A stretch of 64,000 bases of DNA from an uncultured bacterium (GCA_903841185.1 CAIMIV010000003.1:773-64772); one strand, 5' to 3'. Shown: positions 24,429 to 34,425, counted from the first letter of the stretch. Notes: generated by a model from the sequence alone, not told the origin. Made by a program: numbers and translations.

Positions 24429-25547
24429 ATGACGCAAGTCCCTTATCAACATGGTTTGCAGAGAATAAATACCGGTGGATTACAATCTCTTTGGATGGAG
24501 ACGCCAGGCTATTGCAATTTAGCTTGTCCTTATTGCTTCGCATGTGGCGGGGAGCCACTTCGGACGGAAGAGCTGCTTACTTTCGAGGACATTGAAAAAA
24601 TTCTGGTTGAGGCCAAAAAAATGGGAATGGACGTTTTCGGTATTCCCGGGGCTGGCGAGCCATTGCTTCCAATTAATAGAGAACTCACGATGCGAATTAT
24701 TCGTAAGTGCGCAGAGTTGCAAGTCTTTGTGGCATTGTTCACCACCGGAGAATTTATCACCCCTGATTTGGCGGCGGAGCTGTATGCACTGCCGGTAGAA
24801 ATTTTACTTAAATGCAATTCCTTTAATCCTGAGCTGCAAGATGCGTTTGTTTCTGATGCAAGTCGGGGGCGGATTATTCATGGTTTTGGAGATAAAAGGA
24901 ACAGAACATTGGAGCTACTTATGCAAGTCGGCTTTAATGATGAGACCGCTTGCATGAAAGATTTCGGGCGTAAATCTCGGCTGGCGCTTGTTACATCAAT
25001 AATGACCGATGAAAAGTGTTTATCTAACTTGGATGAGATCGTGAGTATTTTTCGTTTTTGTCGAGAGCATAATATTATTTTTGATTGTGACAGTGTCTTA
25101 AAAAGAGGTCGGGGAGCTTCTTGTAATCTGCACACACAAGATGAGCTTTACCGAGATAAGTTGCTTGAGCTACAAAAGATAGACCGGGAGGAATATGGCA
25201 ATGACTGGAATATAACGCAGTCATATGCGGGTGGCCCAGCTTGTGATCGATACGCGCATCATTTGTACGTTACGCAATATGGGGAAATTTTTCCTTGCAT
25301 TGGCGCGACAGGGGTAAAATTGGGGAATATTTGTGACGTTTCTTTGCAACAGGCCTGGGAAAGTAGGGAGATGCAGATTATACACGCTCGTCAATATGGC
25401 GGGAAATGTGGCAAAGAATGTGCCAATTTCGCTGAAGGCAAATGTAATCCATGTCTTGGGCGACGGACGGTGAATCTCACCAATGAGTTTTTACTTACTA
25501 ATGGTTATGTGGAAACGATTGGTTGTTGGAATTTTCGAAAAAAATAA
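24429..25547 (+). CDS. Radical SAM enzyme with C-terminal SPASM/twitch Cys-rich domain
   Basis: 'CNLACPYC' CxxxCxxC with a following GGE, a C-terminal cluster 'CIGATG...C...C..C..C..C', and RBS GAGGTGA 7 nt upstream of the ATG at 24429. Confidence 0.7.
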   Translation: MTQVPYQHGLQRINTGGLQSLWMETPGYCNLACPYCFACGGEPLRTEELLTFEDIEKILVEAKKMGMDVFGIPGAGEPLLPINRELTMRIIRKCAELQVFVALFTTGEFITPDLAAELYALPVEILLKCNSFNPELQDAFVSDASRGRIIHGFGDKRNRTLELLMQVGFNDETACMKDFGRKSRLALVTSIMTDEKCLSNLDEIVSIFRFCREHNIIFDCDSVLKRGRGASCNLHTQDELYRDKLLELQKIDREEYGNDWNITQSYAGGPACDRYAHHLYVTQYGEIFPCIGATGVKLGNICDVSLQQAWESREMQIIHARQYGGKCGKECANFAEGKCNPCLGRRTVNLTNEFLLTNGYVETIGCWNFRKK

Positions 25548-25601
25548 AAGAGAACCTAATGATGTAGATAAGAAGTAGCTAGGAACATTTAGCTGCTTTT
25601 T

Positions 25602-26426
25602 TTATTTCCCGCGAAAAGATCTGAGCAGTTCGATATCATCCATAACTTTTTCGTGTTCAGTTTCCAAAATCATATCGATATTATTTTTTTCTGCGAAAGC
25701 GACAATTTTTTGGAAAGCTTCGGCGCCGATGAGGCCTTCGCCGATGTGGGCATGACGGTCTTTTTTGGAACCACATTCAGTGAGAGAGTCGTTGGCGTGG
25801 ATGAGTTTGATTTTTTCCAAGCCAATTTCTTGGTCAATGCGTTTGAGCGTTTTGGCAAAATCCCGCCAATCATAACCGGAAGCAAAGGAATGCTGGGTAT
25901 CTAGGCAGATGCCGGCAATGTTTTCGTTGGCCACGCCTTTTAGAATATGCGCTAGCTCAGTCAGGTCGTCGCCGATGATGGCTCCCGCTCCGGCGCTGTT
26001 TTCCAGCAGCAGGCGGGCGGAGCCGGTATAGCCCTCCAGCATTTTCTTGAGCATCTCGATGGTTTTTTCCTGCCCTGCCTGTTCTCCCAGGTCTTTGGCA
26101 GAGCCCAGGTGGGTCATGACATACTTGGCGCCCAAGAGACTGGCGCGTTCTAGTTCATCACGCACCACGGAAACGGAGCCGTAGCGGATACGGTTATCGG
26201 CGGAGGCGAAATTGATATAATAGGGCGTATGAACATATACTGCAGAAATTTTGAATTTTGAATTTTGAATTTTGAAAGATTGTAAAATTTCTTTTGTGAG
26301 AGTGGGAGCCTTGCCGCCTTGCGGAGAACGGGTGAAGATTTGAAAACATTCCGCTCCCAAGTCGGCCGCTCTTTGTGGGGCATTAAAAACTCCTTGGGCA
26401 ATTGAGACATGGCAGCCGATGTTCAT
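25602..26426 (-). CDS. nfo: Endonuclease IV (AP endonuclease family 2)
   Basis: 'IGCHVS', 'YVMTHLGS', 'LENSAG', 'ICLDTQH', 'IHANDS...HAHIGEG' metal-ligand boxes. Carries an insert 'FKIQNSKFKIS' encoded by an (AATTTTG)4 repeat. Confidence 0.85.
   Translation of the reverse strand: MNIGCHVSIAQGVFNAPQRAADLGAECFQIFTRSPQGGKAPTLTKEILQSFKIQNSKFKISAVYVHTPYYINFASADNRIRYGSVSVVRDELERASLLGAKYVMTHLGSAKDLGEQAGQEKTIEMLKKMLEGYTGSARLLLENSAGAGAIIGDDLTELAHILKGVANENIAGICLDTQHSFASGYDWRDFAKTLKRIDQEIGLEKIKLIHANDSLTECGSKKDRHAHIGEGLIGAEAFQKIVAFAEKNNIDMILETEHEKVMDDIELLRSFRGK
26247..26274. repeat. Heptanucleotide microsatellite (AATTTTG)x4 inside the nfo ORF
   Basis: Four perfect tandem AATTTTG units on the plus strand. 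On the coding (minus) strand they encode KIQNSKFKIS. Confidence 0.9.
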
Positions 26427-26781
26427 AGTATTGTTATTATGTATGTAATACTATTATTCTAGCACAAAATTACAGCGCTAGTTTTTCTTTCTAGAAAAAC
26501 TCATTGTGCCATTTTCTTTGACAGCAAAGAAAGTGGCAAAAAGAAACTGCCGGCGCCGGCTTGTGCTGTCTAAATTCTCAGAGTATTTGCTAAAATTCCC
26601 GAAAGACGCTAAAAGGGATTGTTAGTAGGTAATTTCTTAACGCTCATAATCTGGAATTTAGAAACGCACTAACGCCAAGGCGCGGATTTTTTTAAAAACT
26701 TTAATTTTGCAGAATGGGAGCGTTTGAAAATTTATACATTGGGAATTCAATGGAAATTGGAAATTGTGAATTGAAAATTGC

Positions 26782-27762
26782 CTAGACTATTTCCCATCCA
26801 TCTTTAGTTTCAACTATTTTGCCTTTGATTTCAAAACCAGAAGCGAGTTTGTGGCCGCCTCCGCCGAACTGCGCGGCAATCTTAGAAACATCCACGCCCT
26901 TGTATTCTTCGCTCCGCAGACTACCTTTGATGATGCCGCCGTCTCTTTCGGACAGCACGAGGGCAAATTTGGTGCCAGGGACGGTGTTGAGGATGCCGGA
27001 GACCTGAGCAATGTCATCTGTGCCGGCTTGGCACTCGGCTAGGTCTTTTTGGGTCAAGACAGAGGTGATCATGCCATTGGCGGGATTGATTTTAGCTTTT
27101 TCGAAAGCCTTGCCCCAGAGTTTGAGAGTGGAGATGCTTTTGTTGGAAAAAGAGTGTTGCACAATCTTGGCTAGGGGGGCGCCTTTTTTCAAGAGTTGAG
27201 AAGCGATTTCCATCACTTTAGGAGTGGTGTTGGAATGTTGAAAAGAACCGGTATCAGACAAGATGCCCATGAGAATCGCAGTAGCGATGGTGCGGTTAAT
27301 AGGAATTTTATGGAAAAGAAAAAAGTCATACACGATTTCACAAACTGAAGAATAAGTGGCATCAATAATATTGATATCTCCTTGGAGCGTGATATCGGGG
27401 TGATGATCTAATAGGGCAATAACTTGATTTTCTTGAAAAGTGGAATGTATTTTATCAAAACCGCGCTCTACGCTGTCGGTGGCAATAACCAAATCATAGC
27501 TAGTCAATTGTAGGTCATCTGGATGGGTAAAATTGTCCTGAGTAAAAGATTCTAAATACGACGGGATGGGATCAAAACAAGCAATATCGACTGTTTTGCC
27601 TAAAGAACGAACATGTTCTTTGAGTGCCAGGACGGAGCCGGTCGTATCACCGTCTGGGCGGGAGTGGGCAAAAAGCAAAATCTTTTTGGATTCCTTGATG
27701 ACAAAATTGAGTGTATTAAATTCTTGCTTGAAGTTTTTCACTAGCGTAGGTGGTAGTAGCAT
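26782..27762 (-). CDS. nrnA: DHH/DHHA1 phosphoesterase (NrnA-like nanoRNase/pAp phosphatase)
   Basis: 'LLFAHSRPDGDTTGS', 'LLDHHPD', C-terminal 'GGGGHKLASG' DHHA1 box. Confidence 0.75.
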   Translation of the reverse strand: MLLPPTLVKNFKQEFNTLNFVIKESKKILLFAHSRPDGDTTGSVLALKEHVRSLGKTVDIACFDPIPSYLESFTQDNFTHPDDLQLTSYDLVIATDSVERGFDKIHSTFQENQVIALLDHHPDITLQGDINIIDATYSSVCEIVYDFFLFHKIPINRTIATAILMGILSDTGSFQHSNTTPKVMEIASQLLKKGAPLAKIVQHSFSNKSISTLKLWGKAFEKAKINPANGMITSVLTQKDLAECQAGTDDIAQVSGILNTVPGTKFALVLSERDGGIIKGSLRSEEYKGVDVSKIAAQFGGGGHKLASGFEIKGKIVETKDGWEIV

Positions 27763-27796
27763 TCAGTAAGAAAAAATCATGAGCTACTAAGCGTAG

Positions 27797-28135
27797 CTAC
27801 TGAGTGCTAATATCTTTAAGAAGTTTTTCAATAACATCTGCTTTGGACTCTGTCATATCTGTAATAAATTGCACTTTAGGCAAAGGGCGCATTTGTAGTT
27901 TTTTGTTCAAGGCGCCTTGGATGCGGTAGAGTTCTTTCGTAAGAGTTTTTTCAGCGTAGTTAATTTCCTTTTCAGGAAAAATACTTACGAATATACGAGT
28001 ATAGCGAAGATCGCGGGTGGTGTCAACCTTGGAGACGGTGACAAAGACACCATTCTTAAGCGAGAGTTCTTTGACAATAATCTCGTTGATGTGACTCTTG
28101 ATGAGTTCGTTTATTTTGGAAATTCGTAGGCTCAT
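27797..28135 (-). CDS. rbfA: Ribosome-binding factor A
   Basis: 112 aa, 'RISKINELIKSHINEII', KH-like RbfA pattern. Immediately downstream of infB. Confidence 0.8.
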   Translation of the reverse strand: MSLRISKINELIKSHINEIIVKELSLKNGVFVTVSKVDTTRDLRYTRIFVSIFPEKEINYAEKTLTKELYRIQGALNKKLQMRPLPKVQFITDMTESKADVIEKLLKDISTQ

Positions 28136-28254
28136 AGGAGTTTGAATAATAAGAGTTAATGTATGGAGGAAAAAGTGGATTTAAACAAAATAGTTTCTAG
28201 TTAGCGTATAAACAAGAAACCATTCCATTGGAGTAATAGTGATGAGAGAGAAGA

Positions 28255-30036
28255 TTAGAGAGTTTTCTTTTTGATTTCTTCATAAAAACCAATTAAGCGA
28301 TCACCTTCTTTTATTTTAGTTTCTCCGTCAAAGGTGACGCCGCATTCATGATTCTTGACCACCTCATCCACATCCACTTTGTTTTGTTGCAGATTTTGCA
28401 ACTTCCCTTTGCCGATAACGGTATCATTACGCATTACTTCGATAAGACAATTCTTGGCTATTTTTCCGGAGATAACTTTTCCTCCCACAATCATATCTTT
28501 CTTACCGGTCTTGAAGATAGCCAGCACCTCCATTTTTCCCAGATCAGTTCTTTCAATCGAGGGTGGCAGCATTTCCACGAGCCTGTTCTTGATATCATCA
28601 ATCAGTTCATAAATAATTTTGTAGCTTTTTATTTCCACTTGATTGGCTTCGGCCATTCTTTTGGCTACCGGGGTAGCATCAATATTAAAGCCAAAAATAA
28701 CGGAACTGGAATTTTTAGCCATGCGCACATCCGATTCGGTGATGTTTCCCACGCCAATAGAGATGTAGTTAACGGCGACTTCAGTGGACTTTATGTCAGA
28801 TAGAATCTGTTGAATAGCTTCTAGTGACCCTTGGACATCGGATTTTATAATGACATTGAGTTTTTGTATTTTTTCATCGGCAATCGTTTTATAAATTTTT
28901 TGTGCGGTGATTTCTCCGAATTTGGCACTCTGATTTTTTTCTCCAAAGCGAAGTGATTCCATTTTGGCCAGAGATTTGCCATCTACTACTTGCAAAATGT
29001 CATTAGTATTGGATGTGGTGTTGAGTCCGATAAGACTGATAGGGGTGGATGGTCCGGCTTCCAAGAGTCTTTTGCCGGAGAAATCTTCCATGCGGCGCAC
29101 TCGGCCATAGGCGGATCCGGCGATGATATCTTGACCTTCTTTGAGTGTTCCCGTTTTGATTAAGATGGTAGCGACTGGCCCTTTTTGCGGATCAAGATGG
29201 GATTCCAACACAACTCCCAATGCGTCTCGCTTGAATTCCGCCTTGAAATCTTCTACTTCAGAAAGAAGAATGATATTTTCTAATAATCCATCCACACCAA
29301 TATTTTGTTTGGCACTCACTTCCGAACAGAGAATTTGACCGCCCCAGTCTTCGACGAGGATGCCATTTTCCGCCAGCTCTTGCTTAACTCTTTGAATATT
29401 AGCTTCCGGCTTATCGACTTTATTAATGGCGACAATGGTGGGAATTTTTTTAGTGAGCAGATAGGTAATAACTTCTTTGGTTTGCGGTCGCACGCCATCG
29501 TCAGCGGCAACTACTAGAATTGCGATATCAGCAATAGAAACGCCGCGTTCTCGCATAGCACTAAAAGCGGCATGTCCTGGGGTGTCCACGAAAGTGATGA
29601 GTTGGCCTTTCTTTTTGGCTTGGTAGGCGCTGATGTGTTGCGTGATGCCGCCGGATTCTTTGGCAGCGACGCCGGATTTGCGGATAGTATCCAAAAGAGT
29701 GGTTTTTCCATGATCAACATGACCCAAAATAGTGACAATCGGCGGTCTTTTTTGCAGTTTTTCCCCAGTTTCAGCGTCTTTTTTGATTTGGTCAAGCATT
29801 TTTTCCAGTGTCATCGTCTCGCCGGATTCCACCACTTCTTCTTGGGATTCGAATCCCAAATCTTGAGCAATGATAGAAGCGGTTTCGAAATCAATTTTTT
29901 CGTTGATGGTGGCCAGAATGCCATTTTTCATCAGTTCGGTAATAACAGTTCCCAATGGGAGCTTGAGAATTTCACTGAATTTTCTTACGGTAATGGTGGC
30001 GGGAATAATAAGTGTCTTGTTTTTACTATCTATCAT
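28255..30036 (-). CDS. infB: Translation initiation factor IF-2
   Basis: G-domain 'GHVDHGKTTLLD', 'DTPGH', 'NKVDK', followed by the IF-2 beta-barrel domains. Confidence 0.9.
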   Translation of the reverse strand: MIDSKNKTLIIPATITVRKFSEILKLPLGTVITELMKNGILATINEKIDFETASIIAQDLGFESQEEVVESGETMTLEKMLDQIKKDAETGEKLQKRPPIVTILGHVDHGKTTLLDTIRKSGVAAKESGGITQHISAYQAKKKGQLITFVDTPGHAAFSAMRERGVSIADIAILVVAADDGVRPQTKEVITYLLTKKIPTIVAINKVDKPEANIQRVKQELAENGILVEDWGGQILCSEVSAKQNIGVDGLLENIILLSEVEDFKAEFKRDALGVVLESHLDPQKGPVATILIKTGTLKEGQDIIAGSAYGRVRRMEDFSGKRLLEAGPSTPISLIGLNTTSNTNDILQVVDGKSLAKMESLRFGEKNQSAKFGEITAQKIYKTIADEKIQKLNVIIKSDVQGSLEAIQQILSDIKSTEVAVNYISIGVGNITESDVRMAKNSSSVIFGFNIDATPVAKRMAEANQVEIKSYKIIYELIDDIKNRLVEMLPPSIERTDLGKMEVLAIFKTGKKDMIVGGKVISGKIAKNCLIEVMRNDTVIGKGKLQNLQQNKVDVDEVVKNHECGVTFDGETKIKEGDRLIGFYEEIKKKTL

Positions 30037-30588
30037 TTAGTTTATTTTTTTAGAGTCATTTAAATTAGCTAGTCGGATAACCTCTTTTTCCTCCTCGGTT
30101 AAGGGATATTTTTCCGATAGGCCGTTGATAAGGGTCTTGGCATAGATTCTGGTTCCTTCTCGCGTATACAAAGAAGAGAGAATTAAACCGGTATTTTTGC
30201 TGTTGAGTAAGGCTAGGGCAAAGCTTTGATCACCGCCCACCTCCTTAAAAGGATTGAATCGCAGCATAGCAAATTTATGTAGACCTTTATGAGAAAGGAT
30301 GTTTATTTGATTGGAGATATTATACAACTCCTGGATGTCTTTGTCTAGGGTTTTGAGCAATTTAGAATGATTAATAATGACATCCTCAATATTTTTTACT
30401 TCATTGCCACTGAAAAAATCAAGACTCCTTTGCTTCAGTTTACCCAGTTCTCTATGGAGAAAAATGGTCCAAATAAAAAGCAGCAAAATAAATACCAGTA
30501 GGATGGTATTAATTAAAACCAAGGATTGGGTAGTTAAGGTTGATATTATGGACATAAAAAAATAGTTAACTTTATTTAAGGCTAGCAT
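30037..30588 (-). CDS. Hypothetical membrane-anchored protein (possibly DUF4446-like)
   Basis: N-terminal TM followed by a soluble domain. Translationally coupled upstream of infB. Confidence 0.35.
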   Translation of the reverse strand: MLALNKVNYFFMSIISTLTTQSLVLINTILLVFILLLFIWTIFLHRELGKLKQRSLDFFSGNEVKNIEDVIINHSKLLKTLDKDIQELYNISNQINILSHKGLHKFAMLRFNPFKEVGGDQSFALALLNSKNTGLILSSLYTREGTRIYAKTLINGLSEKYPLTEEEKEVIRLANLNDSKKIN

Positions 30589-30617
30589 TAATAGGCTTTA
30601 GTGTAAAGAAGAATGGG

Positions 30618-30704
30618 CGGAGGGTACAGGATTTGAACTTGTGAGGGAATTTCTTCCCAACCGCATTTCGAGTGCGGCGCATTAGACCACTCTGCCAACC
30701 CTCC
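30618..30704 (-). tRNA. tRNA-Ser (anticodon CGA)
   Basis: Minus strand: acceptor GGAGGGT/ACCCTCC, anticodon stem CCGCA/TGCGG with loop CTCGAAA, long variable arm, T-loop TTCAAAT. Confidence 0.8.
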
Positions 30705-30842
30705 TAAAATATTAATACAAGAAACCTATTACGCGATAGGCCTCATATATAATTTACACTAGTGGGAAGATAATATCAACCAATTCAATTTGTGGAAAAG
30801 AAAAATTTGTTGTAAAATAAAGTTATAAAAAATAACCCCACT

Positions 30843-31433
30843 TTGGATATGTTAAAAATGGAAGATAATAGTGAAAAAGAGTTTCAAAAAAATCAAGCGT
30901 ACGCGGTTAAATTTATCAAACCGGAGATTATTATTGGAGAGATTGGAATAGCGGAAGGATCGGTGGTGGCGGACTTTGGTTGCGGGGGAGGATATTTTTC
31001 TTTGCCGGTTGCAAAAAAAATCGGAGAAAACGGATTGGTGCATGCGTTGGATATTTTGCCACAAAGCTTGGAGATGATTGCCGGCTATGCTAAAACAATG
31101 GGATTGACTAATATTGTTACCAAAAGAGTGAACTTGGAAAAAGAAGGCGGATCAACCTTGAAAGAGGGGAGTTGTGATTGGGTGATTATGAAAGGCATGC
31201 TTTTTCAAAACAAGGACAAGGGAATGATAGTCAGAGAGGCTCAGCGAGTGCTTAGAGTGGGAGGAAAGATTCTTGTTATCGAATGGGATAATAAGGACTT
31301 TTCCATTGGTCCGGATAGAAGTTTGCGCATACCCAAGGAAGCTTTGTTGGAGATAATTCAGGAAGCAGGCATGAGTGTTTTGAAAGAAATTGCCGTGAGC
31401 GATTTTCATTACGGCCTAGTACTGGTTAAATAG
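30843..31433 (+). CDS. Class I SAM-dependent methyltransferase
   Basis: 'VADFGCGGGYFS' motif I and 'ILVIEWD' motif-IV-like box. Confidence 0.65.
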   Translation: MDMLKMEDNSEKEFQKNQAYAVKFIKPEIIIGEIGIAEGSVVADFGCGGGYFSLPVAKKIGENGLVHALDILPQSLEMIAGYAKTMGLTNIVTKRVNLEKEGGSTLKEGSCDWVIMKGMLFQNKDKGMIVREAQRVLRVGGKILVIEWDNKDFSIGPDRSLRIPKEALLEIIQEAGMSVLKEIAVSDFHYGLVLVK

Positions 31434-31460
31434 AAAAAATTTATAAATGTATATCGAATT

Positions 31461-32873
31461 ATGAAAAATATAAAAAAAATATCAGTGTTGTTTTTTTTAG
31501 CAATGGCAGCAGTAAGCTTGTCTGGTTGCGGCTGCAAGCAAACAAACCCGAATCCTTATGCGATTAATCTAGAAATATGGGGTCTTTTTGAAAACGATGA
31601 TCCTTATGGAGCAATGTTTGAGGCGTATAAGAAAAAAAATCCGAATGTGCGCAATATCACCTACAAGAAAATGACCACGGATTCCTATCAGAAGGAATTG
31701 ATAGACGCGCTGGCTTCCGGGCAGGGTCCAGATATTTTTTTAGTGCATAATAATTGGATTCCGAGTTTCAAGGATAAGATTTATCCTGCCCCAGCGGACG
31801 TGGTAACGGAGCAAAAAGTGCGTAATGAATTTGTGGATGTGGTAGCAGATGATTTTGTTCTCGACGGAAATATTTATGCTCTGCCTTTGAGTGTGGATTC
31901 GTTAGGGTTGTATTATAATAAAGATCTTTTTAATGAAATTGGTATTACCACTCCGCCTAAGGATTGGGATGAGTTTGTTGCGGATGCCGGGAAATTGACG
32001 AAGTTGGATGTCCAAAGCCAAATCATTCAATCGGGGGCAGCCATGGGAACGTTTACTAATATAAACAGACCTACGGATGTGCTAAACCTGTTGATGCTAC
32101 AGCGTGGCACGGAGATGGTAGATGTGAAAAATCATAAAGCGACTTTTGCTGAATATGCGGGCAGTGGCGGAAAAAGCTCTTCTCCCGGGGAAAACGCTTT
32201 GACTTTCTATACGCAATTTGCGAATCGAAGTGCACAAACCGTGCCCTATACTTGGAACCCAAGATTGCATTATTCCATTGATGCTTTCAGTGAAGGAACA
32301 CTTGGGATGATGTTCAACTATTCTTGGCAAATTGATGTTTTGAACGGAAAAGCGCCGAAGTTGAATTATGCTGTAGCGCCCGTGCCTCAATTTCCTAACA
32401 CTAAACAAGTGAATTTTGCTAATTATTGGGGCTTTGCAGTGGCGAAAACCAGAACACCGGATACGGGAAACATGGATCCGGCTAAGCTGGTCACCAATGA
32501 TATCCGGGCGAAAGAGGCTTGGAAATTGCTGACTTATATGACTACTAAGCAGGACCCGGCACTGGATGCAGCCAATGCTGCCATAAGCAAGATGACAGCC
32601 GAACAGGCTAAATTGGATCCAGCGAAGGATTATATGGAAAAAACCAAGAAGCCGGCGGCCAGAAGAGATTTGTTGGAAACGCAGAAGACGGACGCCGTGT
32701 ATGGAGTTTTTGCATCCGGAAATTTGATCGCCAAAAATTGGTACCAGATTGCACCAGATGCTATTGAGGCTTTGTTTGCCCAGCTGATTACGCAAATAAA
32801 TAATGGCGAGGTGAGTGTGGCGGATGGTCTGCGTTCGGCAGCGGCGGCGGTGACGCAGATGATGGGCAGATAA
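31461..32873 (+). CDS. ABC transporter extracellular solute-binding lipoprotein (SBP family 1-like)
   Basis: Lipobox 'LSGCGC'. 470-aa periplasmic-binding-protein-like sequence. Confidence 0.6.
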   Translation: MKNIKKISVLFFLAMAAVSLSGCGCKQTNPNPYAINLEIWGLFENDDPYGAMFEAYKKKNPNVRNITYKKMTTDSYQKELIDALASGQGPDIFLVHNNWIPSFKDKIYPAPADVVTEQKVRNEFVDVVADDFVLDGNIYALPLSVDSLGLYYNKDLFNEIGITTPPKDWDEFVADAGKLTKLDVQSQIIQSGAAMGTFTNINRPTDVLNLLMLQRGTEMVDVKNHKATFAEYAGSGGKSSSPGENALTFYTQFANRSAQTVPYTWNPRLHYSIDAFSEGTLGMMFNYSWQIDVLNGKAPKLNYAVAPVPQFPNTKQVNFANYWGFAVAKTRTPDTGNMDPAKLVTNDIRAKEAWKLLTYMTTKQDPALDAANAAISKMTAEQAKLDPAKDYMEKTKKPAARRDLLETQKTDAVYGVFASGNLIAKNWYQIAPDAIEALFAQLITQINNGEVSVADGLRSAAAAVTQMMGR

Positions 32874-32877
32874 TTTT

Positions 32878-33462
32878 TTGAAAAATCAAAAGAATAATAT
32901 GAAAAAATGGATGGCAAAAGGATTATTATTAGTGGGGCTGGCTGTTATGGCCGTAGGAATGTTTCATTTCGCATCCAACAGCGCACTAGCTGCGGCAGGT
33001 GAGGCATGTACTATGCCTGATGGGAGCGCTGGCATGCGAAAGGCGGATGGAACGTGTATGGTTGGTGATGGAACAATAACTGGTCCCGTAACAATTGCAT
33101 CTGATTATTCAGGTGGTTTGGTGAAATGTGGAAAGAGCGGAGGTAGTGCCTGCACACTGTGTGATTTAGTGGTGGGCTTTCAGACATTAACCGGCTATCT
33201 GACATCGATTCTAATCGTCATCACTTTAGCAGGCTTGTTTCTCTCCGGGGTGATGTATATTATTTCGGCGGGAGATGAAAGCATGATGACATCGGCGAAG
33301 AACTTTGCCAAAGCCAGTGTGATTGGTTTTACAGTGGTGTTGGGAGCCTGGCTGATTGTGAATGTGACGATGATGTGGGTGATGTCAGCCAAGACTGATT
33401 TAGGGTTAGGATCAGATAAAAATGCGGGCTGGAGCGTGTTTAAATTCAAGTGCACCAAATAA
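32878..33462 (+). CDS. Pilin-like two-TM protein 1 (TrbC/VirB2-like, T4SS-pilin-like) with Cys-rich N-domain
   Basis: Module 'LTGYLTSILIVITLAGLFLSGVMYIISAGDESMMTSAKNFAKASVIGFTVVLGAWLIV': TM - GDE/KAK loop - TM. N-terminal CTMPDG...CMVGDG...CGKSGGSACTLC. Confidence 0.5.
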   Translation: MKNQKNNMKKWMAKGLLLVGLAVMAVGMFHFASNSALAAAGEACTMPDGSAGMRKADGTCMVGDGTITGPVTIASDYSGGLVKCGKSGGSACTLCDLVVGFQTLTGYLTSILIVITLAGLFLSGVMYIISAGDESMMTSAKNFAKASVIGFTVVLGAWLIVNVTMMWVMSAKTDLGLGSDKNAGWSVFKFKCTK

Positions 33463-33522
33463 CTAACATCTTAGACAATTTTTGATTAGGCGAGTAATAA
33501 TTTTTTTAAAAAATAAATTAAA

Positions 33523-34278
33523 ATGAAAAAGTATTTTATCAGTGCGAGTGTGGTATTTTTGGTATTAACTTTCAATCTTGTGATTAGTCAGCCGGCGCAG
33601 GCAACCATATGCTGTCAAAGTAGTGCTGGATGCGGCTCTGTTGAGGGCACAACGTGTTCCCCTGGATTTACAAAAGTGGACTGTGCGAGTGCAGGTTGCC
33701 CAGGAACAACTAGTGGTAGTGGCACTTCTGGAGAAGGAACAACTACTAGTAGTGGAGCTACCTTCGTCAACCCAATCAAATTCACCACTGTTTCTGCGGT
33801 AGTGAATGCTCTTATGACAAACTTGCGTGGAATTTTGGTGAGCGTGGCAGTGTTGTTTATTGTCATTGGAGCAATAATGTATATTTTGTCTGCCGGAGAC
33901 GAAAAGAAAATGACCACTGCCAAAGGGACGATTACCGCCGCCATGATTGGCTTGGCGATTGCTTTGGCAGCGCCGTCATTTTTGAGCGAAATTATCACCA
34001 TTCTGGGTGGGAAGAAGGATGGCTTGGATACGACTACTATTTCTGGTGCGATCACATTGAGAGCTATTATTTTGAATACTTTGAATTTTTTGTTGAGCGT
34101 GGTGGGAATATTAAGTCTGATTGGAATGGTTGTGGGCGGTTCGTTCTATCTTACGGCCTATGGAGATGATAAAAAAGCAGAGAATGGTAAGAAGATAATC
34201 ACTGCTTCGGTGATTGGCATTGTGGTGGCTCTAGGAGCCTTGACGATTGTTACTCAAATCGCCAAATTTTTTAAGTAG
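33523..34278 (+). CDS. Pilin-like protein 2 (two tandem TM-GDE/GDD-TM modules, Cys/Gly/Thr-rich N-domain)
   Basis: 'ILSAGDEKKMTTAKGTITAAMIGLAIALAA' and 'YGDDKKAENGKKIITASVIGIVVALGA' modules, each flanked by hydrophobic helices. Confidence 0.5.
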   Translation: MKKYFISASVVFLVLTFNLVISQPAQATICCQSSAGCGSVEGTTCSPGFTKVDCASAGCPGTTSGSGTSGEGTTTSSGATFVNPIKFTTVSAVVNALMTNLRGILVSVAVLFIVIGAIMYILSAGDEKKMTTAKGTITAAMIGLAIALAAPSFLSEIITILGGKKDGLDTTTISGAITLRAIILNTLNFLLSVVGILSLIGMVVGGSFYLTAYGDDKKAENGKKIITASVIGIVVALGALTIVTQIAKFFK

Positions 34279-34425
34279 AACTCTTGCGTAATAAGTTGCG
34301 TAACCAAAATATGGAAATTGCAGTAGGGAATTATTATGCAAGAGATCTAATAGTGCCAAAAAGAGAAAAGTAGTATATACTGTAAATAGAAGAAAATAAA
34401 AATAAATCTAGATGGGAGGTGCAAT

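Noticed and set aside
26741-26790. AT-rich periodic tracts (GAAATTG/GAATTGAAAATTG, also 46420..46518 and 56095..56190) as discrete mobile repeats
   Set aside because: They are low-complexity, differ in unit and length at each site, and look like compositional spacer sequence rather than copies of one element. They are mentioned only as context for the nfo microsatellite.
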